DNA of 51,822 bases. It comes from an uncultured Candidatus Saccharibacteria bacterium (GTDB taxonomy: Bacteria > Patescibacteriota > Minisyncoccia > Phycocordibacterales > UBA12088). Below the pieces are notes generated by a model, which was not told the origin of the DNA, ran no database searches, and saw only the letters and a list, made by a program, of their open reading frames with translations. Both the position numbers and the translations under genes were made by a program. Positions 43,943 through 51,822 of the stretch are shown piece after piece. Positions within the stretch are counted from its first letter, which is position 1, and every line of letters starts with the position of its first letter. The stretch is from positions 304,807-356,628 of the forward strand of contig CAYPKR010000001.1 in assembly GCA_964411375.1 (NCBI GenBank). The letters run 5' to 3'.

Positions 43943-44524
43943 CTACTGACTCGTGCGTGAAATGCTCGAGAGGGAATATGCACCAGGAAATACGCTCACG
44001 CGCGGCAATGGTAGAAGTCTGAGAAATGCCCGTCCAACCAAATCCTCTTTTGGTACAGGACCCCAGATACGAGAATCGGAGCTTGCGCGGCGATTGTCGC
44101 CCATTACAAAGTATTGATTATCGGAAAGTTGCGTATCGGTTGAGAGATCGCTCTGATTTTCTGAAGCGACATATCCTTCGTTGGTAAGAGTTGTGATGAG
44201 ATTGCCATCTTTGTCGGTTATGGTGATGGTCGATCCGTGCACTGACACTTTTTCACCTGGAAGCCCGATGATTCGTTTGATGAAATACTTACTCGTATCG
44301 AGTGGATACTTAAAAATGACGACATCGCCGCGCTCTGGCGCTTCAAATTTGTAGGAGAGTTGATCGACGATCAGATATTCGCCCGTTTCAAATGTTGGTG
44401 ACATCGATTCGCCGGAGACGATGAACGGTTGAGCGATGTACAGGCGGAACGGAACAACAATCAAGAGTGCGATTATTGCAAATTTGAAAATTTCACTGAA
44501 GAAATTTTCTTTGTGAGGTTCCAT
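43943..44524 (-). CDS. lepB: signal peptidase I
   Basis: SGESMSPTF (Ser box), RGDVVIF, GDNRRASSDSRIWGPV. Start taken at MEPHKENFF. Confidence 0.88.
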   Translation of the reverse strand: MEPHKENFFSEIFKFAIIALLIVVPFRLYIAQPFIVSGESMSPTFETGEYLIVDQLSYKFEAPERGDVVIFKYPLDTSKYFIKRIIGLPGEKVSVHGSTITITDKDGNLITTLTNEGYVASENQSDLSTDTQLSDNQYFVMGDNRRASSDSRIWGPVPKEDLVGRAFLRLLPLPRVSVFPGAYSLSSISRTSQ

Positions 44525-44665
44525 TGCGAAATATTGTAGTACAGCGACCTGGTTGACACAAGCAGATTTTGCGTGTCGGCGTTTGAATTCGTGCAGATTT
44601 TCTCCACGAATGGTAGAATGAAAAATAATTTTTAATAATTTCCAGTAATTCTTTTTGGAACACGC

Positions 44666-45256
44666 ATGAGTTTTGTAATCGTGGGACTTGGAAACCCGGG
44701 AGAGGAGTACGACAACACGCGCCACAACACGGGCAGGATGATTGTTTCAAAACTTGCGTCGCATTTTGATGCGGGAGAGTGGAAATTGGACAAAAAACTC
44801 GGGGCCGAAGTCGCAAAAGGTCAAATCGGTAAAGAATCGGTAAAGTTTGTGCTTCCCAATACCTTTATGAATCTGTCGGGGAAGGCGGTGAAACCCTTGA
44901 TTGGAAGCGCGAAAGCGGCTGAGAAACTCATTGTTATATACGACGAGCTTGATTTGCCGATCGGCAGCCTCAAAATTTCGTTCGGCAAAAATTCTGGCGG
45001 ACATCGAGGGATCGAATCCATCATCAAAGCACTGAAGACAAAAGATTTTGTCCGGATTCGTGTCGGAATCTCACCGACGACTCCGTCCGGCAAACTCAAA
45101 AAACCCTCCGGGGAAGATGCGGTCATCAAATTTATTTTAGGTACTTTTAAAAAGCCGGAATTGGAACAATTAAAAAAACAGGAAAAGAAAATCCGCGAAG
45201 CAGTCGAAATCATCGTGACCGAATCAAAAGAAAAAGCGATGAGTACAATACACTAA
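44666..45256 (+). CDS. pth: peptidyl-tRNA hydrolase
   Basis: VGLGNPGEEYDNTRHNTG and GGHRGIESI motifs. Confidence 0.93.
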   Translation: MSFVIVGLGNPGEEYDNTRHNTGRMIVSKLASHFDAGEWKLDKKLGAEVAKGQIGKESVKFVLPNTFMNLSGKAVKPLIGSAKAAEKLIVIYDELDLPIGSLKISFGKNSGGHRGIESIIKALKTKDFVRIRVGISPTTPSGKLKKPSGEDAVIKFILGTFKKPELEQLKKQEKKIREAVEIIVTESKEKAMSTIH

Positions 45257-45260
45257 GGAA

Positions 45261-45303
45261 AAAATAAAACAGGCGTGAGCTTCGCTCACGCCTGTTTTAT
45301 TTT
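45261..45303. terminator. bidirectional terminator
   Basis: aaaataaaacaggcgtgagc ttc gctcacgcctgttttatttt. Confidence 0.75.
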
Positions 45304-45317
45304 ATTTGGAATCAATT

Positions 45318-46460
45318 TTACTTCTTCTCCACTTTCTTTCCGCCGTAGGAGAGCGTCATGCGCTGTTCGTTCGGTTCAAAAAGGGTAATGGTGAATGGAT
45401 AGCTTTTTCCAAGTTCGAGTGTTGCGCGAAGTTCTTCCTCACTCTTCCATTCAGAAATGTGGACGAGTCCCGCGACACCTTCTTCGATTGATGCGAGCGC
45501 GCCGTGTTTGTTGTACTTAATGATGACTGCTTCAACCGTGTCACCCTTTTTGTACTTTTCCTTCGCACCGTGCCATGGATTTTCTTTGAGTGCTTTGATC
45601 GAGAGGGAAATCTTACCTTCCTTGATCTCGATAATTTTTACTTTGACGCTTTCGCCAACTTTGTAGACCGAGCGTGGATTTTCAACAAGACCCCAATCGA
45701 TTTCAGAAATGTGGACGAGTCCTTCAAGTCCGTTTTCAATCTTCACGAAGATTCCGAAATCAACCGCGCCGGTGACGACTCCTTCAAGTACATCGCCAAC
45801 CTGGTAGCGATCGACGATTGCTTCGCGTGCTTTCTGCTCAAGACCCTTTTCAGAGAAAATAAGTTTTCCTTCTTTTGGATCAGCAGTGATGATCGAAACT
45901 GCGAGGCGCTCTCCAACAAAGCGGCGGAGTTCAGAAAGAATTTTTTCCTTGTCGCCGTCATCAATGCGCGGATAATGTTCCGCCTTGAGTTGCGATGCAG
46001 GAAGGAATCCAACGATACCTTGCCACTCGATGATGAGTCCGCCCTTGTTTGCATCCTTTACTGGAAGCTCGAATACCGTTTTGTTCTGAATTGCGATTTC
46101 TGCTTCGCTCCAAATAATCGCCTGACGTGCTTCTTTGAGCGAGAGCTCGATGTAGCCGTCTTTGTTTTCAGGGTCGACGATCTTCGCCGCGATCGTGTCG
46201 TTCATATTGACGCGGCGAAGAATATCACGTGCGTTCAAATATTCGCGACCATAGATAATACCCGTCCCAAATGGGGGAAGGTCGACATAAATCTTATTGT
46301 GTCCGATTCCGACAACGGGGCCTTCGATAAGGTCGCCTGCCTTCGGCTTTTCTGGACTCTTTTCCATGAGAGCCGTCATTGGCCCTTCTGGCACGACAAC
46401 CGTCTCTTCGTCAGTTTCCTCGACTTCTGCTTGGCGCGGCTTCTTTTTTGTTTCTTCCAT
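45318..46460 (-). CDS. rpsA: 30S ribosomal protein S1 (four S1 domains)
   Basis: Repeated S1 OB-fold motifs (GDLIEGPVVGI, GLIIEWQGIVGFLPASQ, GDVLEGVVTGAVDFGIFV, GDTVEAVIIKYNKHGAL). Confidence 0.9.
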   Translation of the reverse strand: MEETKKKPRQAEVEETDEETVVVPEGPMTALMEKSPEKPKAGDLIEGPVVGIGHNKIYVDLPPFGTGIIYGREYLNARDILRRVNMNDTIAAKIVDPENKDGYIELSLKEARQAIIWSEAEIAIQNKTVFELPVKDANKGGLIIEWQGIVGFLPASQLKAEHYPRIDDGDKEKILSELRRFVGERLAVSIITADPKEGKLIFSEKGLEQKAREAIVDRYQVGDVLEGVVTGAVDFGIFVKIENGLEGLVHISEIDWGLVENPRSVYKVGESVKVKIIEIKEGKISLSIKALKENPWHGAKEKYKKGDTVEAVIIKYNKHGALASIEEGVAGLVHISEWKSEEELRATLELGKSYPFTITLFEPNEQRMTLSYGGKKVEKK

Positions 46461-46742
46461 AGTGATGTTCTTCGCGTCCGGGTGTTGCTCGCCGTATCGT
46501 CATGTGCGTGAGCAAGGGTTAATCCGCCGCAAAGTGCTAATAGAATTAGGCGCAATATATATGAAAAACCGAGAATCGTCTAGTCGCCCGCTATAAAATC
46601 TTCATCTGTTTTGTTGCGGCTCTTAAAAAGCTCTCCCAGAGCTTTTTAATCACTCGCCCTACTATTTATAAGGCTTACTTCGGGCTTCGTCTGCGCCTCG
46701 CATCTGAAAGATTCTATAGCGGGCTTTGTCCTACTAATAATC

Positions 46743-46775
46743 CAAAAAAACAACAAACCCGCACAAGTGGCGGGT
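46743..46775 (-). terminator. intrinsic terminator (minus strand)
   Basis: acccgc / gcgggt hairpin, followed on the minus strand by tttgttgttttttt. Confidence 0.55.
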
Positions 46776-46856
46776 CGTCGAGATCAATTAACTTTGAAAG
46801 AGCGAGGTGGTGGGGACCGAAGTCCCCACCGGGCTAGAGATTCAGATGTTCGCAGG

Positions 46857-47051
46857 TCACGCCGGCTGCTGGATCTGGGCCTCGGTCAGCGCGTACATGG
46901 CAGCGGCATGTGGCGCACGCCCGAGGTTCGGTCCGTTGGATTCCTGCATGTCGGCGCGGTTCGGTGCGGTCGCAGCGGCCATGGCGACGTCCGGCGCGTG
47001 GCTGGTCTTGCGCATTGCGGGCGGTCCGTGGGTACCGAAGAGTCGATGCAT
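46857..47051 (-). CDS. 64-aa GC-rich small ORF (unit 1), no family assigned
   Basis: GGAGAC SD 4 nt before the ATG. 51 of 64 third codon positions are G/C by my count. Two hairpins lie downstream (46809-46830 and 46757-46775). Confidence 0.4.
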   Translation of the reverse strand: MHRLFGTHGPPAMRKTSHAPDVAMAAATAPNRADMQESNGPNLGRAPHAAAMYALTEAQIQQPA

Positions 47052-47186
47052 GATCGTCTCCAAAGCGAGCCGGAATATTGCCTTGGCTCTATAAGGCGGA
47101 ACACCTACACCTGCAGATGTCTGCTGCCATTTGTATCAAATAGATGAAGTGCCCACAACTCTATTTCAAAAAACCTGGGGATTGCA

Positions 47187-47235
47187 AAATTAAAAATGAA
47201 TGGACCCCCAGAGCAACTAGGGTGCTTGGGGGTCC
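47187..47235 (-). terminator. intrinsic terminator (minus strand) ending unit 2
   Basis: ggaccccca / tgggggtcc stem, followed on the minus strand by attcatttttaatttt. Confidence 0.5.
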
Positions 47236-47566
47236 GGACGAACTCTAGTTCGTCTCTATTCGGCTGGTGCCCACTAAGGGCGTGCGATATGTACTGGGTG
47301 TTTTGGTACCATCCCTGACTGAACAACTGATTCCTTTCAAGGGATTGTTCAGTCAGGGTTCTCGGTTGTTACCTCCACTGATTTTGTTCGAGGTCGTGGC
47401 GAGAGCGTCGATGCTTCTCGCTTCGTGCGGCGATCTGTTGCCATTGATTGCGCCGGCGTGCCGGCCGATGGCAACGGGCAGTTTTAGGACGGGATCTGCC
47501 AACCCTAGGCGCTCGCGAGATATGGCCAATCAATGGGCTGATCGGCGAGCGCCGCCGGCGCCCGAC

Positions 47567-47656
47567 CTAGACGGTCAGATGAGCGGCGCCGAAGCCGGGA
47601 TCGTTGCCGTGCAGGCGATCGTTCGCTCGAAAGCGCGGGGGATCGTGCTGGTGCAT
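47567..47656 (-). CDS. 29-codon small ORF (unit 2), possibly a decayed paralogue of unit 1
   Basis: GGAGAG SD 4 nt before the ATG. Reads MHQHDPPRFRANDRLHGNDPGFGAAHLTV, then TAG. Confidence 0.25.
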   Translation of the reverse strand: MHQHDPPRFRANDRLHGNDPGFGAAHLTV

Positions 47657-47709
47657 CGGTCTCTCCGACCAGTAGCCGCGCACAAACGACATTCGCTGTG
47701 CTGGAAAGA

Positions 47710-47738
47710 TTTATAACAGGTTCTTTTAAAATTGTCAA
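47710..47738 (-). promoter_or_regulatory. near-consensus sigma70-type promoter (minus strand)
   Basis: TTGACA (47738-47733), 17-nt spacer, TATAAA (47715-47710). Confidence 0.45.
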
Positions 47739-47837
47739 CTATTTTTTACTATGTCATGATGAGGAATAAAAATATGGCTTAAAATAAGGATTTATTGGAA
47801 CATCACTATAATTTTGTCAAATTAATCTTCATCAATT

Positions 47838-47877
47838 AAAAAATGAAGAGCCGTACCTCGCGAGAGCAAGGTACGGC
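47838..47877 (-). terminator. terminator after the LamG-like gene
   Basis: gccgtacct / aggtacggc stem, followed on the minus strand by cttcatttttt. Confidence 0.6.
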
Positions 47878-47889
47878 TAGGGTCAAGCG

Positions 47890-48570
47890 TTACCGCTTGT
47901 AGATGTAGGGTCCGTCGAGACTGCCTTTGTAACCATCACCGCCGAAGACGACTGGTTCCTGGTTGCTGATCGCGCCCAAATATATGGTGCGCTTTGCAAC
48001 AATCGCTATTCCTACTTGGAGTTGGACCAAGTTGCCGATTCGGAAACACTGAATCTGCCGCCATGTACCATCGTCGAGTGATTCGCCACCCGAAAGCGTT
48101 ACCGAAACCAGCGCGCCTTGCCAGGCACTTGCGAAGGTGCATTCCACACGACCACCATGATTCATGGCGAGCGACCAACCTGATCCAGAATTTTGTTTCC
48201 GGATGAGGTTGTACGTCCTACCAACCGCCGGTCGATGATTTTTCGCTGGATGTACGAATACGCTTACATGGAAATTTTTGGGTCCAGGTTCGAGTTCCGT
48301 ACTCGATTCGACAACCGCTCTGCTTGCCGCGGTGCCATTGAAGACATATGCCTGATCGATGCCATTTGGTGTGAGTAGAATTTGATTGATATTCCCGTCG
48401 TGACCACCAATGATATCCTGCATGCCCGTTCGAACGATTCCACCACTTTGTATGTAGGTGGAATCCATCGGCCACAACGCTTTGAGTTGCCAATCGGCTC
48501 CTTCGGCGGTTGCGGCAGTAATCCCGAGCATGAGCGCGCCTACGGCGCCCAAAACTGTATGAAGTCGCAC
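47890..48570 (-). CDS. secreted LamG/concanavalin-A-like lectin-fold protein
   Basis: Signal peptide MRLHTVLGAVGALMLGITAATA. A single ~200-aa beta-rich domain has the F-x-G pattern plus ...DDGTWRQIQCFRIGNLVQLQV, typical of Laminin_G_3-like domains. Confidence 0.6.
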   Translation of the reverse strand: MRLHTVLGAVGALMLGITAATAEGADWQLKALWPMDSTYIQSGGIVRTGMQDIIGGHDGNINQILLTPNGIDQAYVFNGTAASRAVVESSTELEPGPKNFHVSVFVHPAKNHRPAVGRTYNLIRKQNSGSGWSLAMNHGGRVECTFASAWQGALVSVTLSGGESLDDGTWRQIQCFRIGNLVQLQVGIAIVAKRTIYLGAISNQEPVVFGGDGYKGSLDGPYIYKR

Positions 48571-48720
48571 ATCAACCTCCTAGAAAAACTAACCGCACTT
48601 GAGTAGTGCAGTAGTCGCGAACACTTCGCGCCCGAACGGTTTTTAACACACAGGCATAAATTTGTATAGTATTCGGCATTTGTTACAAAAACGTGGTGCT
48701 TCAGGTATACTCTTAACACT

Positions 48721-49353
48721 ATGGTCATCAGTTATCACGGCGGAGAGATGGTAAAAGTAACGTTCGGCAGCACGACGCTTGCTTTTAATCCCATTTCCAA
48801 AGATTCGCAGTTGAAGCCGGTTCGCTTTGGAGCGGATATCGCGCTCGTTTCCGTTAATCATCCCGATATGAATGGCGCTGATCAAGTTGCGCATGGCGAC
48901 AAACAGCCGTTCGTTATCAATGGTCCCGGCGAATACGAAGTCGGCGGCATTTTCGTTAAAGGGTTTGCATCAAAATCAAAATACGGCGGCGAAGATCATA
49001 TCAATACGATCTATCACGTCACGCTTGAAGGAATGAATATTCTTTTCCTCGGCGCGGTGAATGAGAAAAAATTTGGACAAGAACTCGGCGAGTCCTTGGA
49101 AGTGGTTGATATTTTGTTTGTTCCAATCGGAGGAGAGGGAACGCTCTCCCCATCAGAAGCAAACGATTTGGCAGTCGATCTTTCGCCGCACTTGGTAATT
49201 CCAATTCATTACGGCGATATTGGTGGTAAAAATGCACTCCAGACATTCCTCAAAGAAAGTGGATCGGGAAATGTTGCGCCTCAAGAAAAATTAACTCTCA
49301 AGAAAAAAGATCTAGACGGCAAAGACGGCGAAGTGATCGTCTTGGCGTCCTAG
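48721..49353 (+). CDS. MBL-fold metal-dependent hydrolase (UPF0173/UlaG-like)
   Basis: About 210 aa. ISYHGGEMVKVTF...DIALVSVNH...DILFVPIGG pattern. Confidence 0.75.
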   Translation: MVISYHGGEMVKVTFGSTTLAFNPISKDSQLKPVRFGADIALVSVNHPDMNGADQVAHGDKQPFVINGPGEYEVGGIFVKGFASKSKYGGEDHINTIYHVTLEGMNILFLGAVNEKKFGQELGESLEVVDILFVPIGGEGTLSPSEANDLAVDLSPHLVIPIHYGDIGGKNALQTFLKESGSGNVAPQEKLTLKKKDLDGKDGEVIVLAS

Positions 49354-49527
49354 CTTCAGGAAAAACGCATCTACTTTGTTGCGGAACCTCTGCTTCTCGT
49401 CGTCGTATTATTCATACGCCTCCTCAAAGCTTTCTCCGCGCCGCGTATCTGCATTTTTTCCTGAAACTAGGTTTCTTCGAATAGATTCTCTACTTATTTT
49501 GTAGCGTTGGCGCTATACTATTCGTAA

Positions 49528-49965
49528 ATGATTGATCGTTTTTTCGCATTTCTCGAACACATGCGTACGCAGCCGGAGCATACGCGCCGGACGTTCGCGC
49601 TTAGCGTCTCCGCGGGTATAACGCTCCTGCTTCTCATTATCTGGGGCGTATTCGTACTTCCTCGATCTATTTCAAATGCATCGAATGCGCAAAAAACATC
49701 GGCTACCAACGTGCTCGACGTGCCAGCTCCTGACCAGTCAGCGAAGGAAAGTACCGGAAACACTCAGGCAGACTGGGCAACGTCATGGAATGAACTTCAG
49801 GCAAAGTATGGCAGTTCTGCGAATGCGAATGCCAACGTAAATGGAGCGCCTAATCAGAACGCCGCATCCTCGAGCGACACAACTGGCGCAGACACGGTTA
49901 CCCCAAAAAACTATAACCCCGATCTCCCGGTTCTTCCTGATACGCCGTCATATCCTTCCTACTGA
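49528..49965 (+). CDS. hypothetical membrane-anchored protein
   Basis: 145-aa ORF with one TM helix, then a low-complexity S/N/A/P-rich tail. Confidence 0.5.
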   Translation: MIDRFFAFLEHMRTQPEHTRRTFALSVSAGITLLLLIIWGVFVLPRSISNASNAQKTSATNVLDVPAPDQSAKESTGNTQADWATSWNELQAKYGSSANANANVNGAPNQNAASSSDTTGADTVTPKNYNPDLPVLPDTPSYPSY

Positions 49966-50023
49966 TTTTCCTCAGTAATTTTGCTTCAAATAAAACGCCA
50001 ATCGTGCTACAATAGGCGCAATT

Positions 50024-51822
50024 ATGGCGAAGTACGATGCGTCGGAAGAATCAAAACCGACCGGTAATGTTATTACCCAAAATATAACCTCCGAAATGAA
50101 GGAGGCGTATTTGAATTACGCCATGTCGGTCATCACCTCGCGCGCGCTTCCTGATGTGCGCGATGGACTCAAGCCAGTGCATCGCCGCATTCTCTTTGCG
50201 ATGCATGAAATGGGACTCACACCGACTGCAAAATTTCGAAAATCAGCGCAAACCGTCGGCGAAGTGCTCGGTAAATTCCACCCGCACGGCGACTCGTCGG
50301 TATATGACGCGATGACCAAAATGGCGCAGGACTTTACGATGCGCTACCCCCTGGTTCTTGGCCAAGGAAACTTCGGTTCTCTAGACGGCGATCCACCCGC
50401 CGCGATGCGTTACACCGAATCAAAAATGTCTCGTATGTCGCTCGAGCTCATGCGCGACCTCGAAAAAGAGACGATCAACTGGCGTCCTAACTACGACGGT
50501 ACTCGTCGCGAGCCGGAAGTATTGCCTGCCGCAGTTCCCAATATTCTTTTGAATGGAACGCTCGGTATCGCCGTCGGTATGGCGACCAATATTCCGCCGC
50601 ACAATCTAACGGAAGTCATGAATGCCGTCTCTCACTTGATTGAAAATCCGGAAGCAACAACCGACGACCTCTGCGAATTCATCAAAGGTCCTGATTATCC
50701 AACTGGCGGCATCATTTATAACGAACGCGAAATCAAGCATGCATATGCGAGCGGCAAAGGCCCGATCGTATCGCGTGGCGAGGCAGAAATTGTTGAAGAC
50801 AAAAAAGGGAATTACTCCATCATCATCACGTCGATTCCGTATCGCGTGAACAAAGCGACCTTGATCGAAAAGATCGCCGATTTGGTGCACGAGAAAAAAC
50901 TCGAAGGGATCAAAGCGCTTCGTGATGAATCGACCAAGGATGTTCGCATCGTCATTGAGCTTAAAAATACTGCGCAGCCGCAAAAAGTACTCAACTATAT
51001 TTACAAACACACCGAGCTTGAAAGCGTGTTCCATTTGAACATGGTTGTCTTGGTGGACGGTATTCCACAGACATTGTCGCTCAAGGGCGTTCTTGAAGAA
51101 TTCGTCAAACATCGTCGTGATGTGGTAAAGCGCCGTACCGAATTTGATCTTCGTAAGGCGGAAGAGCGCGAGCATATTCTTCTCGGTCTCAAAAAAGCGC
51201 TTGATCATATCGATGAAATAATCAAAACAATTCGTGCCGCAAAGGATGTGCCAACCGCACATGCCGAGCTCATGAAGAAATTTAAGTTTTCTGAACTTCA
51301 GGCGACTGCGATTCTCGAAATGCGCCTCCAAAAGCTCGCTGGGCTTGAACGAAAGAAGATCGAAGAAGAACTCAAAGAAGTTCAAGAATTTATCGCAAAA
51401 TGCAAAGATATTCTTTCCAGCGCCAAGAAAATTCTCACCGTCGTCAAAGGTGAAGTAAAAGAAATCGTCGAAAAATACGGCGATGATCGCAAAGCTCGCT
51501 TGGTAAAAGGCGGCGTGAAGACACTTTCTGATGAAGATTTGATTGCCGACGAAGAAAACGTACTCGTCTTAACTGCTGACGGCTATGTAAAGCGCACCAA
51601 TCCGAACGAATACAAAAAGCAGAAGCGCGGCGGTATTGGCGTGATTGATCTCAACACCAAGGAAGAAGATTTTGTCACGATGTTCTTGACCGCATCGACG
51701 CATAGCGATGTTCTCTTCTTCTCAAACAAAGGAAAAGCGTATCAGATAAAGATGTACGATGTGCCGGAAGCAAAACGCGCAACGAAAGGAAAGGCACTCG
51801 TAAACTTCCTCTCGCTCGGATC
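50024..51822 (+). CDS. gyrA: DNA gyrase subunit A, 5' part (runs off the window)
   Basis: Absent from the track because no stop lies inside the window. Translation gives [42 protein letters not shown]...[13 protein letters not shown]. Confidence 0.95.
   Translation, partial: MAKYDASEESKPTGNVITQNITSEMKEAYLNYAMSVITSRALPDVRDGLKPVHRRILFAMHEMGLTPTAKFRKSAQTVGEVLGKFHPHGDSSVYDAMTKMAQDFTMRYPLVLGQGNFGSLDGDPPAAMRYTESKMSRMSLELMRDLEKETINWRPNYDGTRREPEVLPAAVPNILLNGTLGIAVGMATNIPPHNLTEVMNAVSHLIENPEATTDDLCEFIKGPDYPTGGIIYNEREIKHAYASGKGPIVSRGEAEIVEDKKGNYSIIITSIPYRVNKATLIEKIADLVHEKKLEGIKALRDESTKDVRIVIELKNTAQPQKVLNYIYKHTELESVFHLNMVVLVDGIPQTLSLKGVLEEFVKHRRDVVKRRTEFDLRKAEEREHILLGLKKALDHIDEIIKTIRAAKDVPTAHAELMKKFKFSELQATAILEMRLQKLAGLERKKIEEELKEVQEFIAKCKDILSSAKKILTVVKGEVKEIVEKYGDDRKARLVKGGVKTLSDEDLIADEENVLVLTADGYVKRTNPNEYKKQKRGGIGVIDLNTKEEDFVTMFLTASTHSDVLFFSNKGKAYQIKMYDVPEAKRATKGKALVNFLSLG

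Noticed and set aside
45504-46511. 335-aa + strand ORF inside rpsA
   Set aside because: It is antisense to the S1 gene, with a composition-driven open frame.
47378-47569. TAG read-through or recoding extending the 29-codon ORF
   Set aside because: The in-frame continuation is an Arg-rich, low-complexity string. Other genes in the window terminate normally with TAA, TAG and TGA, so there is no sign of an altered genetic code.
47267-47738. ORFs 47267..47716 (+, 149 aa) and 47505..47738 (-, 77 aa) as genes
   Set aside because: Both are open frames in GC-rich DNA without SD. The 77-aa ORF would start inside or upstream of the predicted promoter. Only its C-terminal frame is mentioned, as a possible relic.
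50606-51385. 259-aa minus-strand ORF
   Set aside because: It is antisense to gyrA, whose + strand translation shows the canonical GyrA N-terminal motifs.

Overview
This 51.8-kb chromosomal segment comes from a moderately AT-rich bacterium. Its gene set looks like a reduced-genome Patescibacteria/CPR (Parcubacteria-like) organism; that assignment is inference, not proof. Most of the window is housekeeping: msrB, RNase P RNA, murJ, lepA, valS, tsaD, tsaC, trxB-like, ftsZ, ftsA, ybeY, rpsU, a HisRS-like gene, lepB, pth, rpsA and the 5' part of gyrA. There are seven tRNA genes. I saw no rRNA, CRISPR array, transposase, integrase or recognisable defence system.

The parts that ordinary annotation does not explain are:
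1. A roughly 75-nt two-hairpin element present twice, each copy 44-47 nt downstream of a tRNA gene (tRNA-Glu and tRNA-Val) and in the tRNA orientation. Near the Val copy there is also a 21-bp inverted copy of the tRNA-Val 3' end.
2. A three-gene locus (17.7-22.5 kb) of secreted proteins that share an unnamed N-x-A-x-V-x-N...TG-x-N-x-A...TG-N/D-A repeat module. One has Gly/Asn-rich expansions, one a collagen-like GXY run, and the giant one has CARDB-like and peptidoglycan-binding-like parts.
3. A GC-rich island (about 46.8-48.6 kb) between rpsA and a housekeeping hydrolase. It holds two tandem promoter / small-ORF / terminator units and a LamG-like secreted protein.
4. A GC-rich tyrosinase gene with a Tat-type signal peptide, probably acquired horizontally.
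5. Several unassigned structured non-coding stretches (600-960 and 17195-17733).

All coordinates were hand-derived from the sequence.
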